Shown: one piece after another, positions 16,794 to 26,520 of the stretch
Layout of the letters: each line of letters opens with the position of its first letter
Position numbering within the stretch: position 1 is the stretch's first letter
From: Candidatus Xenobia bacterium
Lineage (GTDB): Bacteria > Vulcanimicrobiota > Xenobia > Xenobiales > QWHO01
Assembly: GCA_045863235.1 (NCBI GenBank)
Contig: BTUM01000086.1
Span: 1 to 33,706 of the forward strand
Direction: 5' to 3'
Length of the DNA: 33,706 nt
Notes under the pieces: model-generated
What the model saw: only the letters and a program-made list of their open reading frames with translations
Database searches by the model: none
What the model was told of the DNA's origin: nothing
Program-made: the position numbers and the translations under genes

Positions 16794-17843
16794 ATGAAAT
16801 GGCTGATCGGAGCGCTGCTCCTTGTGCAGGTCGGGTGCACCGCCGCCCCGCCGTCTCCCGCGCCGGTGGCTGCCAGCAGCCCCTCGGCTTCGCCGCGGGC
16901 CCCCGAGAGCGAGCAGGACTTCGTGAACCAGATCGACCGGCTCGGCCGCGAGGGGCAGTTCCAGAAAGGGGTGGAGGCCGCCAACCAGGGCCTCGCGCGC
17001 CATCCCGGCAGCTGGCAGCTGACGGCCCAGCGGGCGGCCTGCCACCAGATGCTCGATCGTCCCGCCGAGGCGGCCAAGGATTTCGGTCTTGCCCTCGAGC
17101 AAGCCCCCGCCACGCGCAAATGGGGGCTGCACCTGGGCCGGGCCCAGTGCTACGCCGTGCTCGACCAGCGCTCTCAGGCTGAGAAGGAGTTCGCCGCCGC
17201 CCTCAAGACCCTCGACCCGGCGGCCGAATCCTGGCGCCGCCAGCAGATCCACCAGCAGCGGGGCCGCAACCTGCTCGAGGATGGGCGCTTCAAGCAGGCC
17301 GTGGCCTGCTTCGACTCCGCCCTCGCGCTCGACCCCAAGGACCACGAGGCACTGGGAATGCGAGCGCTGTGCTATTCCCAGCTCAAGGACAAGAAGCACT
17401 ACCAGGCGGATCTGAAGGCTTTGAAGGAGCTCAACCCCGCCACCGCTCAGGCGGTGGAAGCCCAGGTCAAGTCCGGCGGCAACCTCAGCTCGACGGCTCG
17501 CTACCTGAAGCTGGGCGACCGGCTGGCGGCCGACAACAAGGTGGAGCTGGCCCTGGAGCAGTATGACAAGGCCATCACCCTTGAGCCCCGCGAGCCGAGC
17601 GCTTACGTTCGCAAGGGGGTCTTGCTGCAATCCGAGGGCCGTTTCCAGGAAGCCATCCTGGCTTACACGCGCTCCATCGAGCTCTCGCCCAGCGGCCCCG
17701 CCCTGGCGGGTCGGGCCGACTGCTACCTGGCCACCGACCAGGTCGCCAGGGCCCGGGCTGACTACGAGAAGATGCTGACCATGCGCGACCCCCAGGCCCA
17801 GATGACCGCCCGGCAGGCGCTCAAGAGCCTGCCCTCCCCCTGA
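16794..17843 (+). CDS. TPR-repeat lipoprotein
   Basis: MKWLIGALLLVQVG-C lipobox-like start and multiple TPRs (AVACFDSALALDP, ALEQYDKAITLEP, AILAYTRSIELSP). Confidence 0.85.
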   Translation: MKWLIGALLLVQVGCTAAPPSPAPVAASSPSASPRAPESEQDFVNQIDRLGREGQFQKGVEAANQGLARHPGSWQLTAQRAACHQMLDRPAEAAKDFGLALEQAPATRKWGLHLGRAQCYAVLDQRSQAEKEFAAALKTLDPAAESWRRQQIHQQRGRNLLEDGRFKQAVACFDSALALDPKDHEALGMRALCYSQLKDKKHYQADLKALKELNPATAQAVEAQVKSGGNLSSTARYLKLGDRLAADNKVELALEQYDKAITLEPREPSAYVRKGVLLQSEGRFQEAILAYTRSIELSPSGPALAGRADCYLATDQVARARADYEKMLTMRDPQAQMTARQALKSLPSP

Positions 17844-18288
17844 GATTCCGTTTCTTGCCGCTTCTCCGCTCGGGACGCGGGGGGCGCTGCGTGTAGGGAA
17901 CGGCGAAGATCGGCCCGGGGCACAAGCTGTACATCTCGTGGGACAGAATGAAGGTCCAGGCGAATGACTCTTCGATCACGTAGAGCTCGTCGAGATTGAC
18001 TTCATTGTGGATGCTCGCGAGGATTTCGTACTCGAGCAAGGGGTGGCTGCAGCGCAACGCCTCCAATCTTCCTCTCGGGTAACCCCTGATGATCAAGAAG
18101 GAGCTGGCACGCAGGTCCCGGTAATGCTCGATGGCGCGGCCCTCCCGAAGCTCGTAGTCGAGGTCGTCCCATTGCGTGGCATGGAAGACTCGGCTCCACC
18201 TGCGCATAAGCTTGCTTGCGTTGACCTCCTCGACTTTCATCCGACGAGATCTGAGAAGCTCGAGCAAGGACGACCCGGTCTGACCCAT
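17821..18288 (-). CDS. Hypothetical protein, DUF4275-like
   Basis: ELYVIEESFAWTFILSHE...GPIF resembles the DUF4275 C-terminal pattern (from memory). TAGACT box 6 nt upstream of the ATG. Confidence 0.55.
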   Translation of the reverse strand: MGQTGSSLLELLRSRRMKVEEVNASKLMRRWSRVFHATQWDDLDYELREGRAIEHYRDLRASSFLIIRGYPRGRLEALRCSHPLLEYEILASIHNEVNLDELYVIEESFAWTFILSHEMYSLCPGPIFAVPYTQRPPRPERRSGKKRNLRGRAGS

Positions 18289-18360
18289 GTTCCCAGTCTA
18301 CTGGATCGACGCAACCCACCTCAGGTCGTCAAGCGCATTTTCTCAATTTAGCACGCCTGG

Positions 18361-19926
18361 CTACAGAGCCTCCAGGTGAGGCCACTCCAGCTCGACTCCC
18401 TCGGCCCGCAGCAGGGCCTGGAAGTCGGCCGGGGCATCGCCCACCTGGTGGGGGACGCGGTCGTGCTCGAGGCAGAAGGCAGCCAGCAGGCCGGCCGCCT
18501 CGCCCACGTTCCACTCCACCGGGTGCAGCCGATAACAGCCGTTGGTGATGTGGGTGCAGGCCAGGTTCTTGCCCCCGGCCAGCAGGTTCTGGACGCGCCG
18601 GGGCAAGAGCGCTCCCAGCGGGATCTGGAAAGGCCAGGCGCTGACGTCGATGTAGTTGTCCCCGCCGGTGGAGGGGTGAAGATCGATGCGATAGGCCCCC
18701 ACCCCCACCGAGTCGGGGAAGACGGTGGCCGGGCCGTCGGCGCCCACATGCTGCTCTTTGATCGTGAAGCGCCCCCGGATGCGCCGCGACTCGCGGATGT
18801 AGGGGCGCTTGGCCAGGCCGTGGGAGGTGCCGCACAGGTCTCCCCGCAGGCGAAGCCCGGGCCAGCCGGTGCCGCCGTCGCGGCGGGGCCCTTCGGTCTG
18901 CATCCAGTAGAGCATCGAGTAGCTGAGCTGGCGGGCTCCCTCGAGGTGGCGCTCGCGCTCGGCCGGATCAACGTCCACGATGTTGCCCGGCAGGTAATCG
19001 ATCTGGGGCCAGTTCACCAGGCAGATGTCGCTCTCGTAGGCTCCTGGCTGGAAGTTGGCCCGGTCGGCGATGCGGCGGAAGGTCCACAGGTCCATGGGTC
19101 CGCGGTGGGGCTCGGGCTCGAGGGGATCGAAGCTGCGCACCACCGGCTCGAGGGTGATGGGGTGGGTGGCCTGCCAGGAGAGCAGGGGGCCTCCCCAGGA
19201 GGGGGTGAGGGGGGGCAGGTAGTCACGCCAGAAGGCGTAGTCGCGCGGGCGCTCGATGGTGTTGTCGCGACCCGGCTGGTAATCGAGGATGAAGCACCAG
19301 CTGATGGCCTGCTGGTTGGCCGGCTGGGCCTCGGGCTTGGCGTGGGGCTCGCCGGTCTCGGCCACCGACTCGGCCCCGGTGACGTACTCCACGCCGCCCA
19401 GGGGCAAGAGATCGCCGGTCTCGGTGGCGTCGATGAAGTAGCCAGCGTGTGCCACGATGGGCCCCTCAGGTCCCTGCAGGTGGACGGCCCTGACCCGATC
19501 CCCCTCGCTCTCGACACGCACCGGCTCGTGGTCCATCAGCACGGTGAGCTGGCCTCCAGCCCGGTAGGGGGAGAGGAAGCCCTCCAGCACCGCCAGGCTG
19601 ACCCGGGGCTCGTGGCAGATGGCGGAGACGAAGCCGTTGCCCGGGTTGAGCAGGCGGTTGGCGCGGGCCGCCTCGGTGAGGGGATAGTAGTGCCGGTAGT
19701 GCTCCCGGATGCCCTCGCGCAGGCGGCGATAGCTGCGGGTGCAGCCGAACTGCTCGATCCAGGGGTGCTCGTCGGGGGGCACGGCCTGGGACGTGAGCTG
19801 GCCTCCCAGCCAGTCGCACGACTCGCTCAGGACCACCCGGCGTCCTCGGCGCAGGGCCGCCCAGGCGGCCGCGCAGCCGCCCACTCCTCCGCCCACGATG
19901 ACCAGGTCCGCTTGCAGCTCTCGCAT
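18361..19926 (-). CDS. FAD-dependent oxidoreductase (FAD_oxidored family)
   Basis: DLVIVGGGVGGCAAA, WLGGQLTSQAV, IDATETGDL, PYIRESRRI and YRLHPVEWNVGEAAG. Confidence 0.9.
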   Translation of the reverse strand: MRELQADLVIVGGGVGGCAAAWAALRRGRRVVLSESCDWLGGQLTSQAVPPDEHPWIEQFGCTRSYRRLREGIREHYRHYYPLTEAARANRLLNPGNGFVSAICHEPRVSLAVLEGFLSPYRAGGQLTVLMDHEPVRVESEGDRVRAVHLQGPEGPIVAHAGYFIDATETGDLLPLGGVEYVTGAESVAETGEPHAKPEAQPANQQAISWCFILDYQPGRDNTIERPRDYAFWRDYLPPLTPSWGGPLLSWQATHPITLEPVVRSFDPLEPEPHRGPMDLWTFRRIADRANFQPGAYESDICLVNWPQIDYLPGNIVDVDPAERERHLEGARQLSYSMLYWMQTEGPRRDGGTGWPGLRLRGDLCGTSHGLAKRPYIRESRRIRGRFTIKEQHVGADGPATVFPDSVGVGAYRIDLHPSTGGDNYIDVSAWPFQIPLGALLPRRVQNLLAGGKNLACTHITNGCYRLHPVEWNVGEAAGLLAAFCLEHDRVPHQVGDAPADFQALLRAEGVELEWPHLEAL

Positions 19927-19967
19927 GGGGAGCCGGCGTTCGCGGGGGGAGGAAGGGCGTCCTTCCG

Positions 19968-21065
19968 TCAGGGAGCCGTGGCGGGGACGGCCCGGAAGAT
20001 GACCGTCCGGTCCGAGAGCACGTTGAGCTCGACGGTGAACTCCGAGCCCGACCCGGGCGGGATGGCCCACACTCGGGCGGCATTCCCCGCGGCGGCGTTG
20101 AAACCGGTGGTGGGCACCTTCTCGAAGCTGTCGTACAGGTAGAGGTTGTAGCTTGCGCTCGGGTCGGGCAGGCTGACGGTGGCTGTCAGCGTGATGGGAA
20201 CCGGCTCCGGGGGAACATTGCCGTGGTGAGCTATCTGGGGCTCGGTGTCGCTGCTCGAGCGCAGTCGGACGGGAATGGTGACCCGGTCGGGGTCGACCAC
20301 TCCGGTGACGGCCACCCCGTAGTTAGGGGGGGTGTTCCTCAGCATGTAGATCGGCCCGTTGGGATTGTTGGCCTCGACGCGCGTGCCCGGGAAGTCCTTG
20401 AAGGTGTAGTCGAACAGGAACTGGTACATGGTGGGCGGGAACCCGACCGAGGGCCCGAAAAGGCCGTTGTCGCAGAAGGTGAGCTGATCCTCGGGCAGGT
20501 ACTCGCCCACGTGAGTATCAAAGGGCTGGCGCGACTTGATGCCCAGCACCGGGCCGATGTGATCGTACTGTGAGTCTCCATCCTCCACGCTGGTCCACTC
20601 GCCCAGGATGATGCCATTGTTGAACACCCCGATGATCACGATGTGACCGGCCAGGGTCTGGGACTTGACCCAGGCCAGGAACTCGTCGGTGGAGCGCTGG
20701 GCGCCGGTATCGAATTCAATGGTCTGCAAGCGCATCATTTCCGCAGCTCGTCGGTCGTTCACGCCCAGCAAAAGCTGGCTGGAGGGGTCTGACTGAGGCA
20801 CACCGGGTGAGGCGAGCTCGCGGGCCGTAAACTGGGAGCAGTACTGCCCGAGGAAGAGCCCGGCGCAGATGAAGCTGGTCTCGCCACAGTAGCCCGAGTT
20901 CTCGTTCCACTGCAGGCGCGGAGGAACGTCGTGCGTGAAGGTGTAGGTCCTCTCGACGGGTCGATCGGAGGGGGCCAGCGTCGTCACGACGGGCGTTTCT
21001 CCACCGCAAGCAAAGGCCAGGAGCAGGCCAAGGCAGAGCAGGGAGCGCAGCAAGAGTGTTGGCAT
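19968..21065 (-). CDS. Lipoprotein with putative papain-like (C39-like) Cys protease domain
   Basis: LLLAFA-C lipobox, QWNENSGYCGETS (Q...C), YDHI (His) and a downstream FCDNG. Confidence 0.55.
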   Translation of the reverse strand: MPTLLLRSLLCLGLLLAFACGGETPVVTTLAPSDRPVERTYTFTHDVPPRLQWNENSGYCGETSFICAGLFLGQYCSQFTARELASPGVPQSDPSSQLLLGVNDRRAAEMMRLQTIEFDTGAQRSTDEFLAWVKSQTLAGHIVIIGVFNNGIILGEWTSVEDGDSQYDHIGPVLGIKSRQPFDTHVGEYLPEDQLTFCDNGLFGPSVGFPPTMYQFLFDYTFKDFPGTRVEANNPNGPIYMLRNTPPNYGVAVTGVVDPDRVTIPVRLRSSSDTEPQIAHHGNVPPEPVPITLTATVSLPDPSASYNLYLYDSFEKVPTTGFNAAAGNAARVWAIPPGSGSEFTVELNVLSDRTVIFRAVPATAP

Positions 21066-21175
21066 GAGGCTGGCAAGTTCGTAGTGCCTCGGAGTCGCTC
21101 CTTTTGCTCGCCCCGGCCAACCGTCTGCAAATTGTTCACACCCTGGCCGCGGCGCGCTGCTATGCTGACGTCGCT

Positions 21176-22810
21176 ATGATGACCGCCCCGCTTGCCGCCG
21201 CCCCCCTCCGCCTGCGCGAGGACCCCGTCCCTCCAGCCCCTCCTCCGCCTCCCCCCGAGCCCGACCCGTTCGTGGTGGTGGACATGCTGGCCCAGGACCC
21301 GATGGTCTCGGTGCTCGAGCCGGTCGCGCTCCCGAGGGTCGAGATCGGGACGCAGCTCGCCGGCCCGCGCATGCAGGTGCAGGACTCGGTGCCGGTGGCC
21401 ATGGCCGATGAGCAGGGCAACTACCACTACCAGCTCGGCTCGGATCACTTCGACCAGGTCAACACCACCGCCGTGGTGGCCCGCACGCTCTTGAGCTACG
21501 AGCGCTATATGGGCCACCAGACCCCCTGGTCGTTTGACGGGCCGCTCACCATCAATCCCCACGCCGGCACGGGCAAGACCGCCTACTACTCGCGCTGGGA
21601 CGACTCCATCAACTTCTGCCAGTGGGACTCGCCTTCGCTGGGCAAGACCGTCAAGACGGCCGAGTCCCCTGACGTGATCGCCCACGAGACCGGCCACGCC
21701 ATTCTGGACGGCCTGCGCCCGAACATCGGCTGGGGCACCGAGCCGGCCTCCTTCCACGAGGGCTTCGGCGATAGCTCGGCCATCCTGCACGCGCTGCAGT
21801 ACGACTCCAACCTGGACAAGATCCTGGCCGAGAACGAGGGCGACTTCTCCCGCCCCAGCCTGCTCAGCCGCATGGCCGAGGAGTTCGGCACCGCCTTCAA
21901 CAAGGAAGACCAGAACCCCAACAACGACAACAATCCTTACTACCGCACCGCCCTCAACGAGTTCCGCTACGTCGACCCGCGCCAGCTTCCCCGCGACAGC
22001 TACCCGCCCACCTACCCCGAGGAGGTGCTCACCAGCGAGCCCCACTCCTTCTCGCGCGTCTGGTCGGGCACGTTCTACTCGCTGGTGGGGGCCCTCTACG
22101 GCCAGTGCCAGCAGGAGGCAGCCACGCCCAGGGAGGCTCTGGTGGCGGCTCGCGAGGCCCTGGGTCCGATCTTCGCCCGCTCGTTTGACCACATGCCCAC
22201 CAGCAACCTCAAGTTCCGCGACGTGGCGCTGGGCATGCTGCGCGAAGCGGCCACTTTCGAGCAGGGCAAATTCTTCGACACCGTGGCCGGAGTGCTGATC
22301 GACCGCAACCTGTTGACCCGCGAGGAGGCCCAGCAGGCGCGAGAGCCGGCCCCGGCCGTCAGGTTGAGCGGGCCGGTGCGTACCCCGTTCGAGGCCGAGC
22401 AGGCTCTGAGCGCGCTCCACAAGGAGCTGGGCCTGCCCGAAGGGATGGCCTGGAAGGCCGATCCGGTCCAGGCCGGCGCCGATGGCCGCCAGGTGCTGCT
22501 CTTCCGCGCTCCCGACCGGGTGGAGGTCAGCCTGGGCCATCACGGCGACGCCGAGATGGAGCTCAACTCGGGCCTGACCCTGGTCTTCGACCGCGAGGGC
22601 AAGCTGGTCTCTCAGACCTACACCCCGGTCGAGGAGAGCGATCGCGAGGACGCGCGCAGCTTCGCGCAGGACCTGCAGGCTCAGGGGCGCATCGCCGGCT
22701 CGGACCAGCTCTTCCAGAGCGTGGATCCGGGTGGACGGCCCTTCAAAGCGCGGCTGGTGCCCCAGGTCACCGGCCTGCCCCGCCTGGAGCAGGTGCCGGT
22801 CTGGGATTGA
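21176..22810 (+). CDS. Zinc metalloprotease, M4/M36-like
   Basis: DVIAHETGHAILD (HExxH), third ligand in FHEGFGD, and EPHSFSRVW. Pro-rich N-terminus with no Sec signal. Confidence 0.85.
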   Translation: MMTAPLAAAPLRLREDPVPPAPPPPPPEPDPFVVVDMLAQDPMVSVLEPVALPRVEIGTQLAGPRMQVQDSVPVAMADEQGNYHYQLGSDHFDQVNTTAVVARTLLSYERYMGHQTPWSFDGPLTINPHAGTGKTAYYSRWDDSINFCQWDSPSLGKTVKTAESPDVIAHETGHAILDGLRPNIGWGTEPASFHEGFGDSSAILHALQYDSNLDKILAENEGDFSRPSLLSRMAEEFGTAFNKEDQNPNNDNNPYYRTALNEFRYVDPRQLPRDSYPPTYPEEVLTSEPHSFSRVWSGTFYSLVGALYGQCQQEAATPREALVAAREALGPIFARSFDHMPTSNLKFRDVALGMLREAATFEQGKFFDTVAGVLIDRNLLTREEAQQAREPAPAVRLSGPVRTPFEAEQALSALHKELGLPEGMAWKADPVQAGADGRQVLLFRAPDRVEVSLGHHGDAEMELNSGLTLVFDREGKLVSQTYTPVEESDREDARSFAQDLQAQGRIAGSDQLFQSVDPGGRPFKARLVPQVTGLPRLEQVPVWD

Positions 22811-22861
22811 GGGACCTCAGCCAGGCGGAAAGATGTCCGTGCACGGAGAACCTGTGGGAAG

Positions 22862-23413
22862 ATGACCCTGGCAGCGCGCAAATGGAATCGGGCAGAATAT
22901 CAGAAGATGGGCGAGACGGGCCTTCTCGGTCCGGAGGAGCGGGTCGAGCTGATTCAAGGAGAAATCGTCCGGATGACCCCCATCGACCCTCTCCACGCCT
23001 GCGCCGTGGACCTTGTCACCGAGATCATGGTCAAGAACTTCAGTCAGACTCACCAGGTCCGCGTCCAGGGCCCGGTCGGCATTGGCGATCACTCCGAGCC
23101 TCAGCCGGACCTGTGCCTTATCCCGAAGGCGTTGTTTGGCGAGCTGGTCAAGAAACGCATGCACCCCGAGCATGTCGACCTGCTTGTCGAGGTCGCCAAC
23201 ACCTCGCTGTCCTACGATCGCGGGCGCAAGCTCAGGCTGTATGCATCCGGCGGGTATCCTCTCTACTGGATCGTGAACCTGAAGCAGGGGCGCCTCGAGG
23301 TCTATTCGCAGCCTGAGGGGACTCGCTACGCCGTCTCCGCCTGCCTGAGCCTTGACGACCAGGTCGATCTTCTGGGCAAGAGCCTGCTCGTCAAAGACTT
23401 CTTCCCTGCTTGA
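22862..23413 (+). CDS. Uma2 family endonuclease
   Basis: RVELIQGEIVRM, SEPQPDL, LLVEVANTSLSYDRGRKLRLYA and YWIVNL. Confidence 0.92.
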   Translation: MTLAARKWNRAEYQKMGETGLLGPEERVELIQGEIVRMTPIDPLHACAVDLVTEIMVKNFSQTHQVRVQGPVGIGDHSEPQPDLCLIPKALFGELVKKRMHPEHVDLLVEVANTSLSYDRGRKLRLYASGGYPLYWIVNLKQGRLEVYSQPEGTRYAVSACLSLDDQVDLLGKSLLVKDFFPA

Positions 23414-23449
23414 GCAACTCTTTCACAACGAACGGCCCGGCGTCTGGCT

Positions 23450-25435
23450 TCAGGGCGAACCCGCTCCGCGACGCTTCCTGATCACGACCCCGCCCACGCG
23501 CAAGGTGGTTTCACCCTCCACCACCGCCGAGCTGCTGGTCGCCTCGGGAGCGAGCTTCTCGGGCACCTGCAGGCTCCTGGCACCCGGCGGAGTGAAGATC
23601 ACGAATCCGCCGGCGTCGGTGCTGGCGGCGATGGAGCCGCCATCTGAGGTCAGGCCCAGCTGATTCACCGGGCTGCCCACGTCAAAGACCAGGGCGCTGC
23701 CGCTGCTCTTCTCCGGATCGTGCCAGACCAGCTTGGCGTCCTGGGTGGCCGAGGCCACCATGGGAGTGCCGCTCATCATCACCGGAATGGCCAGGCGGTG
23801 GGGCCCCACGTTGTCGGGCGAGAAGATCCGGGTGGACTTGCCCTGGCTCTCCACGGAGATCTCCTCCTGCGTCTGGCGGAGCTTGAGCTCGGGACGACCC
23901 GGGAACGGGGTCTCGGCCAGTTCGGGGCGCTCGAGCACCTGGGCAGTCAGAAGGCGCCGCATGGCTTCCTCCGAGCCTCCCACCGCCTGGAACACGGCCG
24001 CGGGCAGCGAGCTGACGGTGGGCAGGGCGAAGTTGATGCAGTCGTCAGGAGTGACGAAGACCGAGCCGGGAGACGGGGGAGCCGCCATCAGGCCTCCGCT
24101 CACCTTCAGGCTGCGAGCGGCGGCGTCCAGGGCGGCGTCCAGCCGGCAGGGGGTGAATTCGGTGGACTGGTGGGCGATGTAGGAGAGGGGATAGCGGGTG
24201 CTGCCCATGGCCGTGTCCGGGCCGATGTCCTGGAGGAACTCGGCGGCGTTGGCATAGCTCTTGTCGCCCAGCAGCTCCACGCCTTCGCGGTGGACCACGA
24301 AGATGCGTCCATCGGCCAGCATTCCGGGCACGAAGCCCTGGTTGCGGTAGATGGGCTCGGGACGCTGGGCCTTCACTTTGCCCAGCAGGTTTCGGTGGGC
24401 CGGAGCGCCCAGGTCGAGACGATACAGACGCCCTCCGCCCCCGTGGCCGTCGCCATCGGCCGCCATCAGCACCGTCTTGCCGTCCTTGGACAGATGCAGG
24501 CCGCGGGGATAGGTGTCGTCCGGGAACTTGAACGAGGCCATCTGCTTGCCGTGCTGGTCATAAGCGGTGATGTGGGGATGGGCGGCAGCTCCTTCATCGA
24601 GCAGGAACCCCCCGCCCGGCAGGGGCACGATGCGGTCGGCCTCGGAGCTGACCTTGAAGCGCTCCACCTCGCCGGTGGCGCTGTCGTAGCGAACCAGGTT
24701 GGCGTACTCTTGCTTGTATTTGGTGGGCTTGCTCTCGAGGAACAGCAGCCGACCCTCGTGGACCAGCGGGCTGTAGAGCTTGAGCGAATCCGACTGGCAC
24801 TTGAGGTTGCCCTGAGCGTCTCGCACTTCCAGGCCCTCGCCGTCGTCATAGACGGCGATGTGGCCCTGGCCAACGTCCAGCACCTGGTCGGTGGCCAGCT
24901 CGGTGCGCGACTGCCAGCGCGGGGCGAGATCGGGGCCGAGCACCATCACGTTGCCGTCCTTGAAGGTGCCCAGCGGGATGGCCAGGGCCAGGTCGCCCGT
25001 GGAGAGCAGGGTCATATTGCCCAGGCAGTTGAGGCTCTCGGGCACGACCGAGCCGACTTCCTGGCCTTTGGGGTCGAGCACCACGATGCCGTGGGAGGTG
25101 CGCACGTAGCTGTTCTGGCTCCGGGGGTCGAATTGCACCTGCTGCACGTAGTCGGGGGAGTGGTAGTGGAAGAGCGGTGTCCCGGTGGTGTCCACCACGC
25201 TCAGCGTCTTGCGGTCGGGCGCGATCAGGTTGTGGCGCACCTGGCCGCTCTCGCTGCGGACCTCGGTGCTGAGCCGGCGGTAGCCGTCCAGGGGAATCTT
25301 GCGGACGGGCTGGTAGGTCTCGTTGTCCTGGGGGATGTAGACAGTGGCGCTTCCAAAGGGCAGCTCCTCGGGCGTGGGCTGACTGGCAGCGGCCCGGGGG
25401 GCGGTCATGACAGTTGCAAGCGGCCGGATGAGCAT
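23450..25435 (-). CDS. Hypothetical beta-propeller-like protein with C-terminal VGGVVIRKRR tag
   Basis: Repeated beta-strand/xDG units (VLDPKG, AYDQHG, LSKDGK, LTSDGG). TACACT 6 nt upstream of the ATG. Confidence 0.7.
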   Translation of the reverse strand: MLIRPLATVMTAPRAAASQPTPEELPFGSATVYIPQDNETYQPVRKIPLDGYRRLSTEVRSESGQVRHNLIAPDRKTLSVVDTTGTPLFHYHSPDYVQQVQFDPRSQNSYVRTSHGIVVLDPKGQEVGSVVPESLNCLGNMTLLSTGDLALAIPLGTFKDGNVMVLGPDLAPRWQSRTELATDQVLDVGQGHIAVYDDGEGLEVRDAQGNLKCQSDSLKLYSPLVHEGRLLFLESKPTKYKQEYANLVRYDSATGEVERFKVSSEADRIVPLPGGGFLLDEGAAAHPHITAYDQHGKQMASFKFPDDTYPRGLHLSKDGKTVLMAADGDGHGGGGRLYRLDLGAPAHRNLLGKVKAQRPEPIYRNQGFVPGMLADGRIFVVHREGVELLGDKSYANAAEFLQDIGPDTAMGSTRYPLSYIAHQSTEFTPCRLDAALDAAARSLKVSGGLMAAPPSPGSVFVTPDDCINFALPTVSSLPAAVFQAVGGSEEAMRRLLTAQVLERPELAETPFPGRPELKLRQTQEEISVESQGKSTRIFSPDNVGPHRLAIPVMMSGTPMVASATQDAKLVWHDPEKSSGSALVFDVGSPVNQLGLTSDGGSIAASTDAGGFVIFTPPGARSLQVPEKLAPEATSSSAVVEGETTLRVGGVVIRKRRGAGSP

Positions 25436-26520
25436 GGCTTCAGTGTAGGCCCTGGCCCTGAAAGCTGCCTGAACGTGTCCACGGGGTCCAGGGTCTGGAT
25501 GGCCCCGGCCAGCTGCTCGGGAGCAAGGAGCTCAAAGCCGTTCCGCACCAGCCACTGCGGGTTGTAGACGGTGTCGAGGTAGCGCTCCCCCCGGTCGGGG
25601 TTGATCATCAGCACTTCGCTCCCCGGCGCCAGACTGGCCGCGTGGCGCAGCCCGGCGGCCACGATGGCGCCGGTGGAGGAGCCCAGTAACAGCCCCTCGC
25701 GTCGGGCCAGCGCGTGGCAGACCGAGTAGGCCAGCCGCTCGGGCACGATGTAGCCGGCGTCGATCAGCGAGTAGTCCAGGCAGGGAGGGCGGAAGGAGAG
25801 CCCGATCCCGGTCATCTTGTAAGGGGCCGGCGGACCTCCCAGGATCTGCGATCCAGCCACGTCGACGGCCACGACCTCGAGCCGGGGGAAGAGGGGCCGC
25901 AGCCAGCTGGCAAGGCCCATCAGCTGGCCCCCGGTGCTCACCCCCACCACCAGGCAGTCCAGCCCGTCCGGGAAGGCGGCCTGGATCTCGCGGGCGGTGA
26001 ACTCGGAATGTGCCCGCGGGTTCTCCGGGTTGAGGTGCTGGCAGGGATACCAGGCCCCCGGTATGGTTTCCGAAAGCTCGCGGGCCCGCGCCATGCGGGC
26101 TGGCTGTAGCGAGCCGGAGGCATCGGCGGCCGAGGGGGGAACCTCCTCCAGCTCGGCGCCGTAAGCCTCCAGGGTCCGCCGGAAGGCGGGGGTCGTTTTC
26201 TGGTCCACCACGATGATGACCCGGTACGACCGGGCCGCCCCGATCATGGCCAGAGCCACCCCGAAGTTGCCCGAGCTCGACTCCACGATGGTGCCGCCGG
26301 GCGCGAGCTGGCCTGACTCCTCGGCCTGGTCCACCAGGAAGACGGCGTTCTTCTCCTTGATGGAGCCCCCGGGATTGCACCCCTCCAGCTTGAGATACAT
26401 CAGGTGGGACTTGCAGGCCGCGGTCAGGCGGTGCAGCCGAACGATGGGAACCGAGCCCACCGCCTGAGTGAAATCGCGGCTCAGTCGAGCCGAGCGAGCG
26501 CAGGCGCAGCCGCTGGCCAT
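25405..26520 (-). CDS. PLP-dependent cysteine synthase family protein (CysK/SbnA-like)
   Basis: LKLEGCNPGGSIK, ESSSGNFG, GVSTGG, EGLLLGSSTG and PDRGERYLDTVY. Confidence 0.9.
   Translation of the reverse strand: MASGCACARSARLSRDFTQAVGSVPIVRLHRLTAACKSHLMYLKLEGCNPGGSIKEKNAVFLVDQAEESGQLAPGGTIVESSSGNFGVALAMIGAARSYRVIIVVDQKTTPAFRRTLEAYGAELEEVPPSAADASGSLQPARMARARELSETIPGAWYPCQHLNPENPRAHSEFTAREIQAAFPDGLDCLVVGVSTGGQLMGLASWLRPLFPRLEVVAVDVAGSQILGGPPAPYKMTGIGLSFRPPCLDYSLIDAGYIVPERLAYSVCHALARREGLLLGSSTGAIVAAGLRHAASLAPGSEVLMINPDRGERYLDTVYNPQWLVRNGFELLAPEQLAGAIQTLDPVDTFRQLSGPGPTLKPCSSGRLQLS

Noticed and set aside
14671..23413. TA pair, helicase and Uma2 nuclease as a defence island or mobile element
   Set aside because: The genes are dispersed among unrelated genes, and no integrase, transposase or att sites are seen.
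25405..26520. Staphyloferrin/diaminopropionate biosynthetic cluster (sbnA)
   Set aside because: There is no sbnB, NIS synthetase or NRPS in the window, so only the family-level call is supported.
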